The notes beneath the pieces were generated by a model. It was given only the letters and a program-made list of their open reading frames with translations. It was not told the origin of the DNA and did no database searches. The translations under genes were made by a program, and so were the position numbers. Shown here one piece after another: positions 7,741-18,200 of a stretch of 27,922 nt of DNA (within the stretch, counting starts at the first letter, position 1; the number at the start of each line of letters is the position of its first letter). Source of the DNA: a virus (lineage: Duplodnaviria > Caudoviricetes); IMG/VR virus record IMGVR_UViG_3300042541_000160, positions 1 through 27,922 of that record; one strand, written 5' to 3'.

Positions 7741-9708
7741 TCACGCTGTACTAAAATAAAAATCGCCGTTTTGAGAACTACCTCCGTAGCCTCCAGACAG
7801 TTCTGAATTTATTGCAGAGCTTGTTGTTGATGATCCATAATATAATCTTGGCCCTGTCCATTGTCCTCCATCTGGACTTAAGCCCAGGGGTCTGAAGTCA
7901 TGGTTTCCGCCGCTTGACGCTGTAGTAATTCTAGCAGTAGTGTATGTGCTAACACCTGCTGTAACGTAATAATTTGTCCAAGCAATGCCGCCGCCATCAA
8001 CAGCATAATTTAAAGTATTGTTCCATATGTATTGATAAAAATTAAATACCGAGCTACCAAAAATAGAACCTTGTGAAATAAACAGTCCGCCTGCAGATAA
8101 GTATGCTGCATAATCAGGACTTTGCACCTTAATTGATGCTGAGCTTGATGCAATACCATTAGCTGTCTCTTGTGCCGTAATTGTTCCGTCATATCCTATA
8201 GTTACTGAACTGCTAGACCCTACTGCCCTAAAGCTAGTGCCATCTAATGTAATAGAATTTGAACCAGAAATTCTTTGCAGGGTTCCACTGAATATACCAC
8301 TATCTGCATATATAGTTCCTCTTATAACAGCAGTGCCATTTGGACTAAATGAAAATCCAGGACCAGTATTTCCAGCAATAGTTACGCTTGGGCCAACAAT
8401 GCCGTTTACAGGATCAATTGTAATTTTTTCAACACCTGATTGAAGCAATGCAATTTTAGGCGTTGCTGGATTTAAAGTTATTGTATTATTGCTTATTGTA
8501 GCAGTTAAAGTTGATCCAATACTCCAACCACCAATTGTTCCGCTTAATGCGGTTAACACTCCATTATTTACTGTAAACAATCCATTACTTGAAGAAATAT
8601 TGCCGCTAGTTGTTACGTTACCAGTAAATGTTCCACTTGCAGCGCTTATGTCTCCGCTAAACGTACCAGAGCCTTTTATTGCAAGCGTACCTGTGGTTCC
8701 GCTTGTTAAAAATTCTAATAGTTTGGTGGTTCCGTCTGTTCCATAGATTATAAAAGGAGAAGTGCTGCCAGACAAAACTGCTCTCTGTCCGCCATCTGCT
8801 CCTGCTTGTATATAAGCATCTGCTCTTAATATACCAGCATCAATTTCGCTTGCGGGCAATCTTAAAACCGTTACTGGATTATTAGAAGCTGAGACTGCAC
8901 TACTTAAACTTCCGCTAGCATTTACTGCAACTAGTTTAACATGATATGCAGTTCCATATTGTAATGTTGTCCCAGCCGTTTTGTCTATTACAGATCCGAC
9001 TCCTATAGAAACTCTGTTAGATCCGTTGGCAAAGTTTAAAGTGTGAACCCAATTGTCTGCAGAAGGAGTAAATCCAGAAGATGTTCCAATGTGAACCTTT
9101 GCGCCACTAAATCCTGTAAGCGTTAAATCTGTACCGTCAGATTTTTTGCCGCTCCATTCTACAATTACAGAAGCTAACCCAGCTTTTACGACTGGGGCAA
9201 AAGGATCTTGCGGGGCTGTTACCACTAAAGCTGCTGATGGGTCTGTTACATAAACTGTCGTTGGAGTAGAAGCATCTCCATTTATTTTACTAGGAGTTAC
9301 TGTTAATAATGTAACAACATACGCATTTCCTGGACTTGCCGCTCCTAAAGCTGCAATTGTTTTTACTCCAGCAGATGTAAAAGAATCTACTACAACGGTT
9401 CCACTTCCAAATGTGCCTCCAGCTATTCTTATATCAACACGAAGAGCATTTGCAGGGAAAGTAGGCAATTCAACTTTAATAAATCCAGCGCCGCCAGTCA
9501 CTGTAGCTGTTGGAGCCACAGGCACACTTTCTGTACTTGTATTTACAAATTTTCCTGGAGACCAATCACTTACTGTTCCGTCAGAATACACCCATTGAAA
9601 TTTAATTGCATAATTTGTATCAATCTTAAGACCAGTAGCCTTAAAATTAAAATAGTTTTTATCGGTATCTGGTTGAGGTACTGTATTTAGATCGGCTGGA
9701 TTAGACAT
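7741..9708 (-). CDS. Tail fibre / minor tail protein with FN3-like domains
   Basis: GLKIDTNYAIKFQW..SDWS and LQYGTAYHVKLVAVN are FN3-like strands. GTFSGDISAASGTFTG and SGTIGGWSIG are fibre-shaft repeats. Confidence 0.78.
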   Translation of the reverse strand: MSNPADLNTVPQPDTDKNYFNFKATGLKIDTNYAIKFQWVYSDGTVSDWSPGKFVNTSTESVPVAPTATVTGGAGFIKVELPTFPANALRVDIRIAGGTFGSGTVVVDSFTSAGVKTIAALGAASPGNAYVVTLLTVTPSKINGDASTPTTVYVTDPSAALVVTAPQDPFAPVVKAGLASVIVEWSGKKSDGTDLTLTGFSGAKVHIGTSSGFTPSADNWVHTLNFANGSNRVSIGVGSVIDKTAGTTLQYGTAYHVKLVAVNASGSLSSAVSASNNPVTVLRLPASEIDAGILRADAYIQAGADGGQRAVLSGSTSPFIIYGTDGTTKLLEFLTSGTTGTLAIKGSGTFSGDISAASGTFTGNVTTSGNISSSNGLFTVNNGVLTALSGTIGGWSIGSTLTATISNNTITLNPATPKIALLQSGVEKITIDPVNGIVGPSVTIAGNTGPGFSFSPNGTAVIRGTIYADSGIFSGTLQRISGSNSITLDGTSFRAVGSSSSVTIGYDGTITAQETANGIASSSASIKVQSPDYAAYLSAGGLFISQGSIFGSSVFNFYQYIWNNTLNYAVDGGGIAWTNYYVTAGVSTYTTARITTASSGGNHDFRPLGLSPDGGQWTGPRLYYGSSTTSSAINSELSGGYGGSSQNGDFYFSTA

Positions 9709-10604
9709 TAGAACCCTAACTGCAACTTATATTCTACGTCTACTTGTCTACCAGAAGGCTTGGTAATTATGTCTCCTCCAGTTAAAACAGATCTACTAAT
9801 CATTCCATATGAAGGATCAAATGTGTCCTCGTCATTTATTCTAATTCCATCAAAGTAAACTGATGTTGTTCCGCCGCTTGTTGCAGTTACCTCAACTCCA
9901 AGGTTGGTTATACTCTTAAAGTCTGGTGGAGTTGTTGATGTATTTGAAAATAGTGTATTTAAACTTGCAGATTGAATTCTGTCTCCAGTTCCACTTGCTG
10001 GAGTAAAATCTACATAACAATATTGTGTCTCAGAGCTATATAGCTTAACACGTATTTTAGAAAGATTTGCATCTATTTTTTTGTAAGCAATAGACAGACT
10101 GTCATTTATGCTATACCCAGACAGGTCTAAGGTTCCCGTAGCAGTTTTATATTCTTTTGCTGTGGATAAAGGTGATTGAATTAAAACAGCATTTTCGCCA
10201 ATTTTAAAAGTATAAGTAGAATCATTTAATGCTATTTGAGGATTAGACCCAGTTGAGTCTTCCCACAAAACATTGTTTTCAAATGATGTAATGAACTTGC
10301 TATCAAAGTTATTTATTGAAGTTCTACTTGCTGGATACAAGGCTATCTCAGATACCACTCCTGCCACATCCTGTGGAATAGTTGCAACAAAAACTGCCTT
10401 GTAAACGAAGTTTCCGCTTACCTCTGCAATATCTATGCTAGTAAGCTTTACTGGAACTCTATAAAACTCAAACTCAAGCCTAGTATCGTTGCCATCTACG
10501 TTGGCTGCAGTATTTCCTATTCCAAGCGCAAGTTCTTTTTCTGAGAAAGAAATATTTCCTGCCAGATAGTTTGTTAAAAATCTTTTACCAAATTTAGTTA
10601 TCAT
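9708..10604 (-). CDS. Minor tail/baseplate protein
   Basis: MITKFGKRFL..LALGIG..DTRLEFEFYRVPV..SEIALY resembles fibre-attachment (tail-collar) domains. It carries an inserted beta-sandwich ending YFDGIRI that looks like a carbohydrate-binding module. Confidence 0.7.
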   Translation of the reverse strand: MITKFGKRFLTNYLAGNISFSEKELALGIGNTAANVDGNDTRLEFEFYRVPVKLTSIDIAEVSGNFVYKAVFVATIPQDVAGVVSEIALYPASRTSINNFDSKFITSFENNVLWEDSTGSNPQIALNDSTYTFKIGENAVLIQSPLSTAKEYKTATGTLDLSGYSINDSLSIAYKKIDANLSKIRVKLYSSETQYCYVDFTPASGTGDRIQSASLNTLFSNTSTTPPDFKSITNLGVEVTATSGGTTSVYFDGIRINDEDTFDPSYGMISRSVLTGGDIITKPSGRQVDVEYKLQLGF

Positions 10605-11017
10605 ACTAGTTCAACCTTCGCATTCATTCCTTTTAGAGTTTCCCCGCTTGAATTTTTTACTTTAAAGACCAATGTTACGCTTGGGTTTCCTGCAGCATCA
10701 TATACAACTGTATTTGAAACAATAGATATATCTGAAACATTTGGAACACCCCTTCTAAACACATCTCCGTCTACTACCTTATCACCATCAGATCCGACAT
10801 CTCCTTCTCCCTGGACAAGGGTGCCGTCCAGAAGATCGACGTCTTCAGACAGAAGATCTGAACCATTAGACAAGTACAGGGCTGATAGAGAATTTCCTGC
10901 TACTAGCCTAACAAGGGACGGATCGGCATCATTAATTTCTGGCGAGTTTGAAAAAAGCGGGAATCTACCAGTAGTCGTAACTCCTGACTTAGAAATTCTT
11001 GGATTTTTGGTTACCAT
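10601..11017 (-). CDS. Hypothetical tail-region protein (138 aa)
   Basis: ATGA overlap with the next gene, acidic linker and beta-rich C-terminus. Preceded by a leaderless-type promoter. Confidence 0.65.
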   Translation of the reverse strand: MVTKNPRISKSGVTTTGRFPLFSNSPEINDADPSLVRLVAGNSLSALYLSNGSDLLSEDVDLLDGTLVQGEGDVGSDGDKVVDGDVFRRGVPNVSDISIVSNTVVYDAAGNPSVTLVFKVKNSSGETLKGMNAKVELV

Positions 11018-11023
11018 ATTTTT

Positions 11024-11032
11024 ATTATACCA
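11024..11032 (-). promoter_or_regulatory. Extended -10 promoter, leaderless arrangement
   Basis: TGGTATAAT followed by 6 nt (AAAAAT) and ATG 11017, with no Shine-Dalgarno. Confidence 0.7.
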
Positions 11033-11033
11033 T

Positions 11034-12845
11034 TTATGCGCTATAAATAGATCTAGCGGTTATGTTGGTAGAGACCCCCTCGTCAAAAGATGTGTTTACA
11101 TTTGTGACTAGGAATTTCTTAGTCCCGTCTAAATCATTCTTTGGATAATTAATTGTAATTATATCGCCAACCTCTATTGCTGGGTTGCCAAAAACTTCCA
11201 TATTAACTGACTGCTGCTGCTTAGACCATTGATTTTTAATCCATCCGTATAAAGCCTTTGCGTCTGACTCAGACTGAATCCACATAGATTGAAATGTGGC
11301 TGGCTCTAATGGGGTAGACTGGTCTACTGGTTCGGTATATTCGTGCTGGGAGCCATTGTCTACATAGTTTCCTAATACAAAAAATTGTTGTTCGTTTCCT
11401 ACGGACAATGGAATAAATGAGCTTGCATTATTTATTACAAATATTTCTGCGGTATGATTAGAAAATTTACTTCCCAAAATTGTTGCAAACTTATTTATAC
11501 CTGTACTTGCATATAAAGGTATGGCGGCAGATTGAGCAAAGTTTGCCTTAACGTGTCTTATTTCTCTAACAGTCTTACCAAACTCTTCTATAAAAGAAAC
11601 CTTATTGTCTGGAGAATTAAAATTCTGTGCTACCTTTTCTCCAAAGGTAAAGTCTATAGTTGATGAAGAGTACTGTCCGTCATAAATCTTTCTTGAGGAT
11701 GTGTCTGTAATTTGTGTTGCGCTAACTGGATTTGCATAAACATAGTCAAAGGCTGTCGTGTGCAGTTTAGAAAATAGAGCCATATTAGCAGTTGGAGAAA
11801 TTATTTTTTTCTTTGGATCAGTAGTATTGGGAGTACTAATATCTACGGCACTAACTTTAAAATTATTTACATAAACATCAATTGCTACAACTCCTGCCGA
11901 AGTATCTACTGTAACATCAATATCTAACTTATATAGGGTTGATGTAAGAACTCCGCCTAGCAATCTACCTGAATCTTTATCTTGAGAGTCTTGTAAATAT
12001 ATTCTTTTTGTATTTACAATTTTGTATATTTTTAAAGACTTGTCTTTATCATTTGACTGGCTTTGGTCTGTTTGCAATTCAATATAGTAACCATTTGTGC
12101 CAGTAGAATTAGTAAAGAATCCTATTCCACCGCCAGACCTTAAATTAGTCAGAGTGCTGGCAAACAGTATTCCAGCGCCAAAGGAATACTTGGTGTACGA
12201 AGTAGAAATTCCTGTATTTTTAATTGCTACGGAATAAGAATTTGTATCCTTGTTTGTGCTAGTAACCTTTAAGTAAGATCTTTGTAGTTCTCTGTTGCCA
12301 GAAAAAGCGGTTGAGGTTCCTGTTTTTTCTACTTGAGATACTACGCTATTTGATAAATCTAGAGCTTCTTGCTCCAGTATCTTTGCTAGTTTTGATTTTG
12401 TTAACTCGTCTGTGTATGTAGGAGTTGTTGGAGTGGTTGTGCCACTTGTTGAAGAACTTGGAGAAGAAACGCTGGCAGCCTTTGGCATGGTAAATGCCTC
12501 ATAGATATATTCACCATAAGTGCCAGTCGCATTTGTGCCGCTATGAGCTCGTACTCTTAAATAATATTTTGTTCCAGGAAGCAGCCCAGTTAAAAATACA
12601 ATGCCGTCTGCGTTTGTAAATGGCCTATGATCAATAGCACTAAATCCGCTAAAATTTCCTGAAGTAGAAGCAACTCCAGAATAACTTCCTGGGGTAGTTG
12701 TTGGAGATCCAGCAACTATTGTTGCTTCTGTTGGAGAGGTTACAATAACAGAAACAAATGGGATTGTATAGTTTGCTGGAACTGCAGCAGTTGGAGCAGT
12801 GTATCCTCCATTAATCATATACCATTCTGGTAACCAAGGACTCAT
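11034..12845 (-). CDS. Minor tail protein: FN3 + lectin-like domain + C-terminal hub-like segment
   Basis: Start reassigned to ATG 12845 (ATGA overlap, GAGGTGG upstream). LTGLLPGTKYYLRVRA is FN3-like. C-terminal WIQSESDAK..GNPAIEVGDIITI..FLVTNV is typical of the end of tail hub/Tal proteins. Confidence 0.75.
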   Translation of the reverse strand: MSPWLPEWYMINGGYTAPTAAVPANYTIPFVSVIVTSPTEATIVAGSPTTTPGSYSGVASTSGNFSGFSAIDHRPFTNADGIVFLTGLLPGTKYYLRVRAHSGTNATGTYGEYIYEAFTMPKAASVSSPSSSTSGTTTPTTPTYTDELTKSKLAKILEQEALDLSNSVVSQVEKTGTSTAFSGNRELQRSYLKVTSTNKDTNSYSVAIKNTGISTSYTKYSFGAGILFASTLTNLRSGGGIGFFTNSTGTNGYYIELQTDQSQSNDKDKSLKIYKIVNTKRIYLQDSQDKDSGRLLGGVLTSTLYKLDIDVTVDTSAGVVAIDVYVNNFKVSAVDISTPNTTDPKKKIISPTANMALFSKLHTTAFDYVYANPVSATQITDTSSRKIYDGQYSSSTIDFTFGEKVAQNFNSPDNKVSFIEEFGKTVREIRHVKANFAQSAAIPLYASTGINKFATILGSKFSNHTAEIFVINNASSFIPLSVGNEQQFFVLGNYVDNGSQHEYTEPVDQSTPLEPATFQSMWIQSESDAKALYGWIKNQWSKQQQSVNMEVFGNPAIEVGDIITINYPKNDLDGTKKFLVTNVNTSFDEGVSTNITARSIYSA

Positions 12846-14767
12846 GTCCACACCACCTCATGTCCGCTCCAAGAGTTAACTATATCTTGTGCGTCAATAT
12901 AATGATTTAATACGGGTGTATTAAATGCTCCTCGTGTTTTAATTCTGTATCTGCCGCTTGGTTTTAATGTACCCTGTTGGCCTATTCCTAAGTATTTATT
13001 GTTGTCTGTTTTACTTACTAAATCAACAAACTGCCTAGTTCCGTTTTGATCATCATACTGAAATTGAACTGCATCATACTCTATAATTTCAGATCCAATA
13101 GCAAGATAGCCAGTGTAGTTGTACGCTGTTGTTCCAAGCTCTTCTTCATTAACAACTGCTGGGGTAAGGTTCATATATTGTCCAGCCGTAGCAGTGGTTA
13201 AAATATTTTGATTTAAAGTAAATGCTGATAAGAAGTATGTGTCTGAAACCCATGGAGCTTGAGCACTTTGAATATAATTAGATGTTAAAACGCTATTCCA
13301 AAATACCTTTACTTGATTTGCTGATGGCAAGTCGTTCTTATTGAAAGAAAGTATGTTAGACAGGTTAGCTCCAGATGTTTCGCTTCTGAAGTCCCAGTTA
13401 GATGTTCTTGCCGAATCAAATATCCACTCTCTGCTATAGAACTGAAGCACATTGTTATATCCAAATACGGCAGTCATTTGAGTATCTCTGCATAGCTCTT
13501 GCAGGCAATCCCATACAGTTTTATCATTTTCAGTCCACCAGTATGTCGGAGTTATAATAGAAGTGTCTGTTTCTTTAATATTAAAATTATAGTTGGTGAA
13601 TCCTACTGAATCCAATAGTCTTCTAATGATAGCAGTAGCTGAAAAATTTTGACATAACAATTTAGTTGCTATTGTTTCTTGCAATACTTTGGCTCCGTCT
13701 AGAGCATTTAAAGATATATCTCCAAACTCTGAGAATGACCATGTATCTGCATAGAATGTTCCCTGCAGTATTCTGTCATATGCTCCTTGAGAGTCAGATA
13801 AGGTACCGCTAGAATTATACAATTTAATGTATGGCTTAATTTCTGTATTTTTGTATAGGTAAATCTTGCTAGCATCAAATGTAAAGGTCTTGTCAAAAGA
13901 TACGATTTTTCTAGTGGCTTCATATGAAATAAGGCTTAATGATATAGAGTTTGCTGATATCTTGCCAACTGGCATAAGGTCTTCTGAGCTTGTAGATGAC
14001 TCTTTAGATATATCAAAGGATACCATGTGATCTGTTGCATCTACATACCACTTAGGCGATAGTTCAATTAATCCAACATACTTTCCAGAGACCGCCCCAG
14101 TTGTTATTCTAGTACTAGTTAAACTTACGGGGGCAGAAATTGCAGTAGGCTCTGTCTTTACCCATGATGTTCCATTGTAATATATTGTTACAGTTCCAGC
14201 ATCATAATTTTTTATTACTGTTGTAACTCCATCGACAACTGTAGTCGTTGTAAATGGAACAATATCAGAATTAGTCCCGCTTGCTAAGGCTGTTCCATTT
14301 CCGTATATAGTCCAAGTGGTAGGCGTAGAATGTCCTAGTTCAAACTTTGCGACTATCTTATTTGTTAATATAGTCTTAGGATATGTTACAGTTACATCAA
14401 GTCCTACTCCCTTTGCAGATACGTAGTACTTGTAAAATGTGTCTGATCCAGGATAATATACTCTAAAGTTTGGGGTATACGTTAAAGACTTTGGGTTCTT
14501 CCATCCCGAATCAACATCTCCAGATATAGCGTATTTTAATCCTGCGCCTATTGGTCTAAATGGTTTAACAATAGAATCGACAGGGAATAGTTTTTTAAAT
14601 GGGGTGTACGAAGCGCCAGAAGAATCTGTCTTTGTTATTGTTGCTCCAGTTACGGTAATACCGTCAATCATAGAGTTCATGCTATATTCAAATATTAAAG
14701 ATGTGCCATAGGTAACAGATGTATTTTGCTCTATAGTATTCTTAGCGGTTGGGCTTAAAGGAATCAT
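12842..14767 (-). CDS. Tail tip hub (Tal-like) protein, N-terminal part
   Basis: Second gene after the TMP. GTFYADTW..ISLNALDG, IIRRLLDSVG and TVWDCLQELCRDTQMTAVFGYNNVLQF are characteristic of hub domains. Confidence 0.72.
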   Translation of the reverse strand: MIPLSPTAKNTIEQNTSVTYGTSLIFEYSMNSMIDGITVTGATITKTDSSGASYTPFKKLFPVDSIVKPFRPIGAGLKYAISGDVDSGWKNPKSLTYTPNFRVYYPGSDTFYKYYVSAKGVGLDVTVTYPKTILTNKIVAKFELGHSTPTTWTIYGNGTALASGTNSDIVPFTTTTVVDGVTTVIKNYDAGTVTIYYNGTSWVKTEPTAISAPVSLTSTRITTGAVSGKYVGLIELSPKWYVDATDHMVSFDISKESSTSSEDLMPVGKISANSISLSLISYEATRKIVSFDKTFTFDASKIYLYKNTEIKPYIKLYNSSGTLSDSQGAYDRILQGTFYADTWSFSEFGDISLNALDGAKVLQETIATKLLCQNFSATAIIRRLLDSVGFTNYNFNIKETDTSIITPTYWWTENDKTVWDCLQELCRDTQMTAVFGYNNVLQFYSREWIFDSARTSNWDFRSETSGANLSNILSFNKNDLPSANQVKVFWNSVLTSNYIQSAQAPWVSDTYFLSAFTLNQNILTTATAGQYMNLTPAVVNEEELGTTAYNYTGYLAIGSEIIEYDAVQFQYDDQNGTRQFVDLVSKTDNNKYLGIGQQGTLKPSGRYRIKTRGAFNTPVLNHYIDAQDIVNSWSGHEVVWT

Positions 14768-15246
14768 TATACCTCATCCAGCGATAATGAAACGCTCCAG
14801 TGGGGTTGCAAGCCTCTCTTAACAACCGTAAAATCACATGATGAAAAGACTACAGTGTAGGCTTCATATCCAGATGTTGATTGATCTGATCCTGTCTTAG
14901 CAAGGTTGACTCTGATATTAAAACTTTGTTTGCCTTCATCTCCAAGGTAGAAGGATCTTAGGTCTTCCGCTCCCCATCCGCCGTCAACTGTAAGGGTTCT
15001 GTATGAAGGAAGCATGTCCCATGATAGCTGAAACTTCTTCTTATCTGCAATGTGGTTTTTACGAAGGGTTCCATTTGATGTTCGAACAACTTTTTCAATT
15101 CGCTCTGTGCTTATCTGAAAAGCACTTCTATTGTGCTCTGTAACCTTATTCCAAGTCTTAGTCGTTCCAGCGGGTGTGGCCCCAAGATCCTTAGCCTCAA
15201 TATATAAAATTGAGCCTCTAGGTAAATTTACAACTGGTTGCGGCAT
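14767..15246 (-). CDS. Distal tail (Dit-like) protein
   Basis: Directly follows the TMP. RTSNGTLRKNHIADKKKFQLSWDMLP and the terminal SVSLSLDEV match the Dit/minor tail pattern. Confidence 0.75.
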   Translation of the reverse strand: MPQPVVNLPRGSILYIEAKDLGATPAGTTKTWNKVTEHNRSAFQISTERIEKVVRTSNGTLRKNHIADKKKFQLSWDMLPSYRTLTVDGGWGAEDLRSFYLGDEGKQSFNIRVNLAKTGSDQSTSGYEAYTVVFSSCDFTVVKRGLQPHWSVSLSLDEV

Positions 15247-18200
15247 TAGTAATTACCTCCCAAGTTTCTGACTCTTCCTTCTTTGGCACCAATTAGCGCC
15301 AGCTCTGATTTGAACTTTCTCATTATATCATCTGCAGTCACATTTGTGCCATTTAAATCTATATCAATATTATAAACAATATTGTTTGAAGAAGCATTGC
15401 TCGTGCTGTTAACTCCGCTAATTGATCCGCTTGGAATATTATAAGATCCATTCATTCTGTCAAGCAGAGGGATTCCAAATTTTTGGGTTGCTGCTGCATT
15501 TAAAACATACTCACCATTTGAAAGCATGGCTGGAATTGAATCAGATGTAGAAGTCCCAGGACCCCAAACTCCGCCCATTGACCCATCTACATAATTTCTA
15601 ACGGGCCCGCCCATTGAAAGCTTTGTGCCATACTTTTTTGCAATTTCTTTAAATCGTTTCGGATCCATGTTTTCAAATACTTTAACACCTGATTCATCCA
15701 TAATGTATCTAGCTTGTCCTGGAGGGGTGTAAAGTCTTCCAGGCTTATTGCTTACGGCATCTCCATATGATCCCCATGAACCAGAATAAGTAGAATCTGT
15801 TTGGCCAGGTCTTCCACCTCTTGCTCCAGGAACAGCAGGACCAGGTGATGACATTGGGGTGGGCTTTGCTGCACCAGGAAACGCCTTTGCCATAATTCCA
15901 TATATATCAGACAAAGTTTTTTTATCTTTGCCCATTAAATCTAATGCAAATTTTTGTAGGTTTGAGCCGATATCTGAAAACAATGTATCTGCTCCAGTTC
16001 CAGGAAGAACTCCATCTTTCATAAATAAAGCTTGCTTATCTATTGTTTGGGGAACGAACATTCCTTTTTTATCTTTTTTAAAATTACCTTTATCATCTTT
16101 TTGCAAGAACTTACCGTATGCGTCTAGTACATTTTTATCTTTAGAAGCATTTTCTGCTATTTTTCTTAAAACATTGTTAGCTGCTAATTCATAAGCCTCT
16201 TTGTTTTCTTTTGTGGGAGTCGCCTCAAATGCCTTTTTTAATGCCGAGGCTTTTGTAATCTCTTCTCCAATAGTCCTAACTAAAGATGCTGATGCGCCAA
16301 TTTTGTCTGCTGTTGCTCCAGCTCCAGAAACGCCTTCCATCTTCTTGTCTCTTTTTGCATTTTCAGCGTCAATTTTTGCATTAATAGACTCTTCTTTCTT
16401 TTTTTCATTTTCATTTATTTTAGCTATTGCCGCCTCTACGCTTTGTTCTTTTTGTATTTGCTGTATTTTAATTTGACTCATAGCTATGGCTTCATTATCT
16501 CCACGAGCAACAGCACTTTGTAATTCTAATTTAGCTTTTTGTAATTCAAGCTCCGCATTTTCCTTGTTAAAAGAATCATTTAGTGCTTTTCTTTTAGCGT
16601 CTGCTAATTTCTTTACTTCTTTTAATTCATCCTGAAGAGCTTTTATTTTTGTTTTACTATACTTTTCAACTGATTTTGCTCCGTTTTCAGAAAAAGATCT
16701 TTGAGCTTTTTCTTTTGTAGAAAGAGTATCTAATACTTTAGCAGCATCATTTAGACCATCAACTCCGCCGCCTAATGTTAATGCAGCATCTGCAGCCGCA
16801 TCCATGGCATCATAGAATCCAGCTAACAGTTCGGCTTGTTCTGATGTAATCTTTTTTAAATCTAAATAAACGTTTTCAGTATGAACTCTCCATTTAGCAA
16901 TCATTCCGCCTATGGTATCTGATGAATTTAATATGTTTGCAAACTCTGGTCTTTGGGACTGCAAAACCTTAAGAGTGTCTTTTCCTATTTGATTATTTTT
17001 TACTCCAGAAGCAACAATTTGTTCATATTGCATAGCTATTGCTTTTTGTTCATCAATTATATTTCCGCTTGCGTCTTTAGTTCCTACCAAAGACTTGACT
17101 ATATTGTCTAAGGATGAAATTGCTGTATCTAGATTTGAAGCAAATGCTGAGGGGTCAATATCATTTATATTTTTAATATTTGTTGCTAAATTTTTTAATA
17201 TGTAGTCTGCAGCCTGAGATTGATCAGTAATTCCAGCAAACAATTTACTTGAAATTGCTCCCACTCCCTGACCAGCTTTATCAGAAGCTTCAATCAATGC
17301 ATAAATTAAATTAGTTGATTCCTCTACAGACTTACCACTAGATATCATTTGAGCCTTAAGATTAGCCGCCCAATCATTTACCTTTGAAGAGTCTATGTTA
17401 TTAAGGATTGCTAATGTGTCTGGCATATCTGTTTTAACACGTTCTTTTAATTCTTTTAATTGTTTAATAGTAAGTGTTAATCCGCCACCTGCCATAGAAT
17501 AAGATTCAAAGTAGGCTTTAGCCTTATCTGCTGCAAGCTTCTGTTCTTCTTTTAATGCCTTCATTTTATCTGTTACAGAGGTATAGCTAATTCCTAATTC
17601 TTTTGCACCCTTTTCAGACATACCATAAAGAGCTGTTTGTTCTTTTCTAGTATCTTCTATTCCTTTTCTCCAGAATTTAAATACTTGCACTAATGCAGTA
17701 ATTCCTAATACGGCTAATCCAACTGGTCCTGTAAAGAATTTAACTGCTGTTCCAGCAACTCTAAATATTGTTCCAGCGATAGAACCAAATGTTTTTGCTA
17801 ATGCTGTTACTTTAGTCAATCCGCCCATAACGCTCTTAAGTCCACTAAGCATAGGAAGAAATTGCATAGCCATACCAGCAGAATTCATTACCGTGCCAGC
17901 AGTTCCACCAACTGCACTTCCTGCCATTGATAGACCCATGCCACCCATAAACATTCCAGTAGAGCCCATTGCGCTCATTCCGCCACCGCCTGATGGCTTA
18001 TTTCTAGCGGCCTGGAATCCTGAAGAGAATGAAGGTTTTACTGGACCGTCAGAGCCATCTTCCATATACTGAACATTTGGAACCATGCCTCCATTAGCCA
18101 TTCTTATTCTACCTCTAGAAAAAACAAAAGGTAGCGCTCTTGAAATAGATCTAGTTATACCAGCTGCACCAATTCTATTAAGAAGAGGACCTGGGGTAGA

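Noticed and set aside
7730-7745. Possible stop-codon readthrough fusing the 655-aa and 930-aa fibre genes
   Set aside because: The ORFs are out of frame (5-nt gap) and no slippery site is evident.
4943-9708. Diversity-generating retroelement acting on the fibre genes
   Set aside because: No reverse transcriptase is present, and no ~100-nt TR/VR pair with adenine-specific mismatches was seen by eye in this window.
12841-12865. 9-nt direct repeat GGACATGAG twice at the hub gene junction, as a possible fusion or hopping signal
   Set aside because: Deleting the 16 nt between copies does not join the two ORFs in frame, and the -1 frame has a stop just upstream. Simple ATGA coupling explains the junction.
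8010-13923. Nested minus-strand ORFs 8010-8192 and 13708-13923
   Set aside because: They are short alternative-frame ORFs inside long genes with no RBS or motif support.
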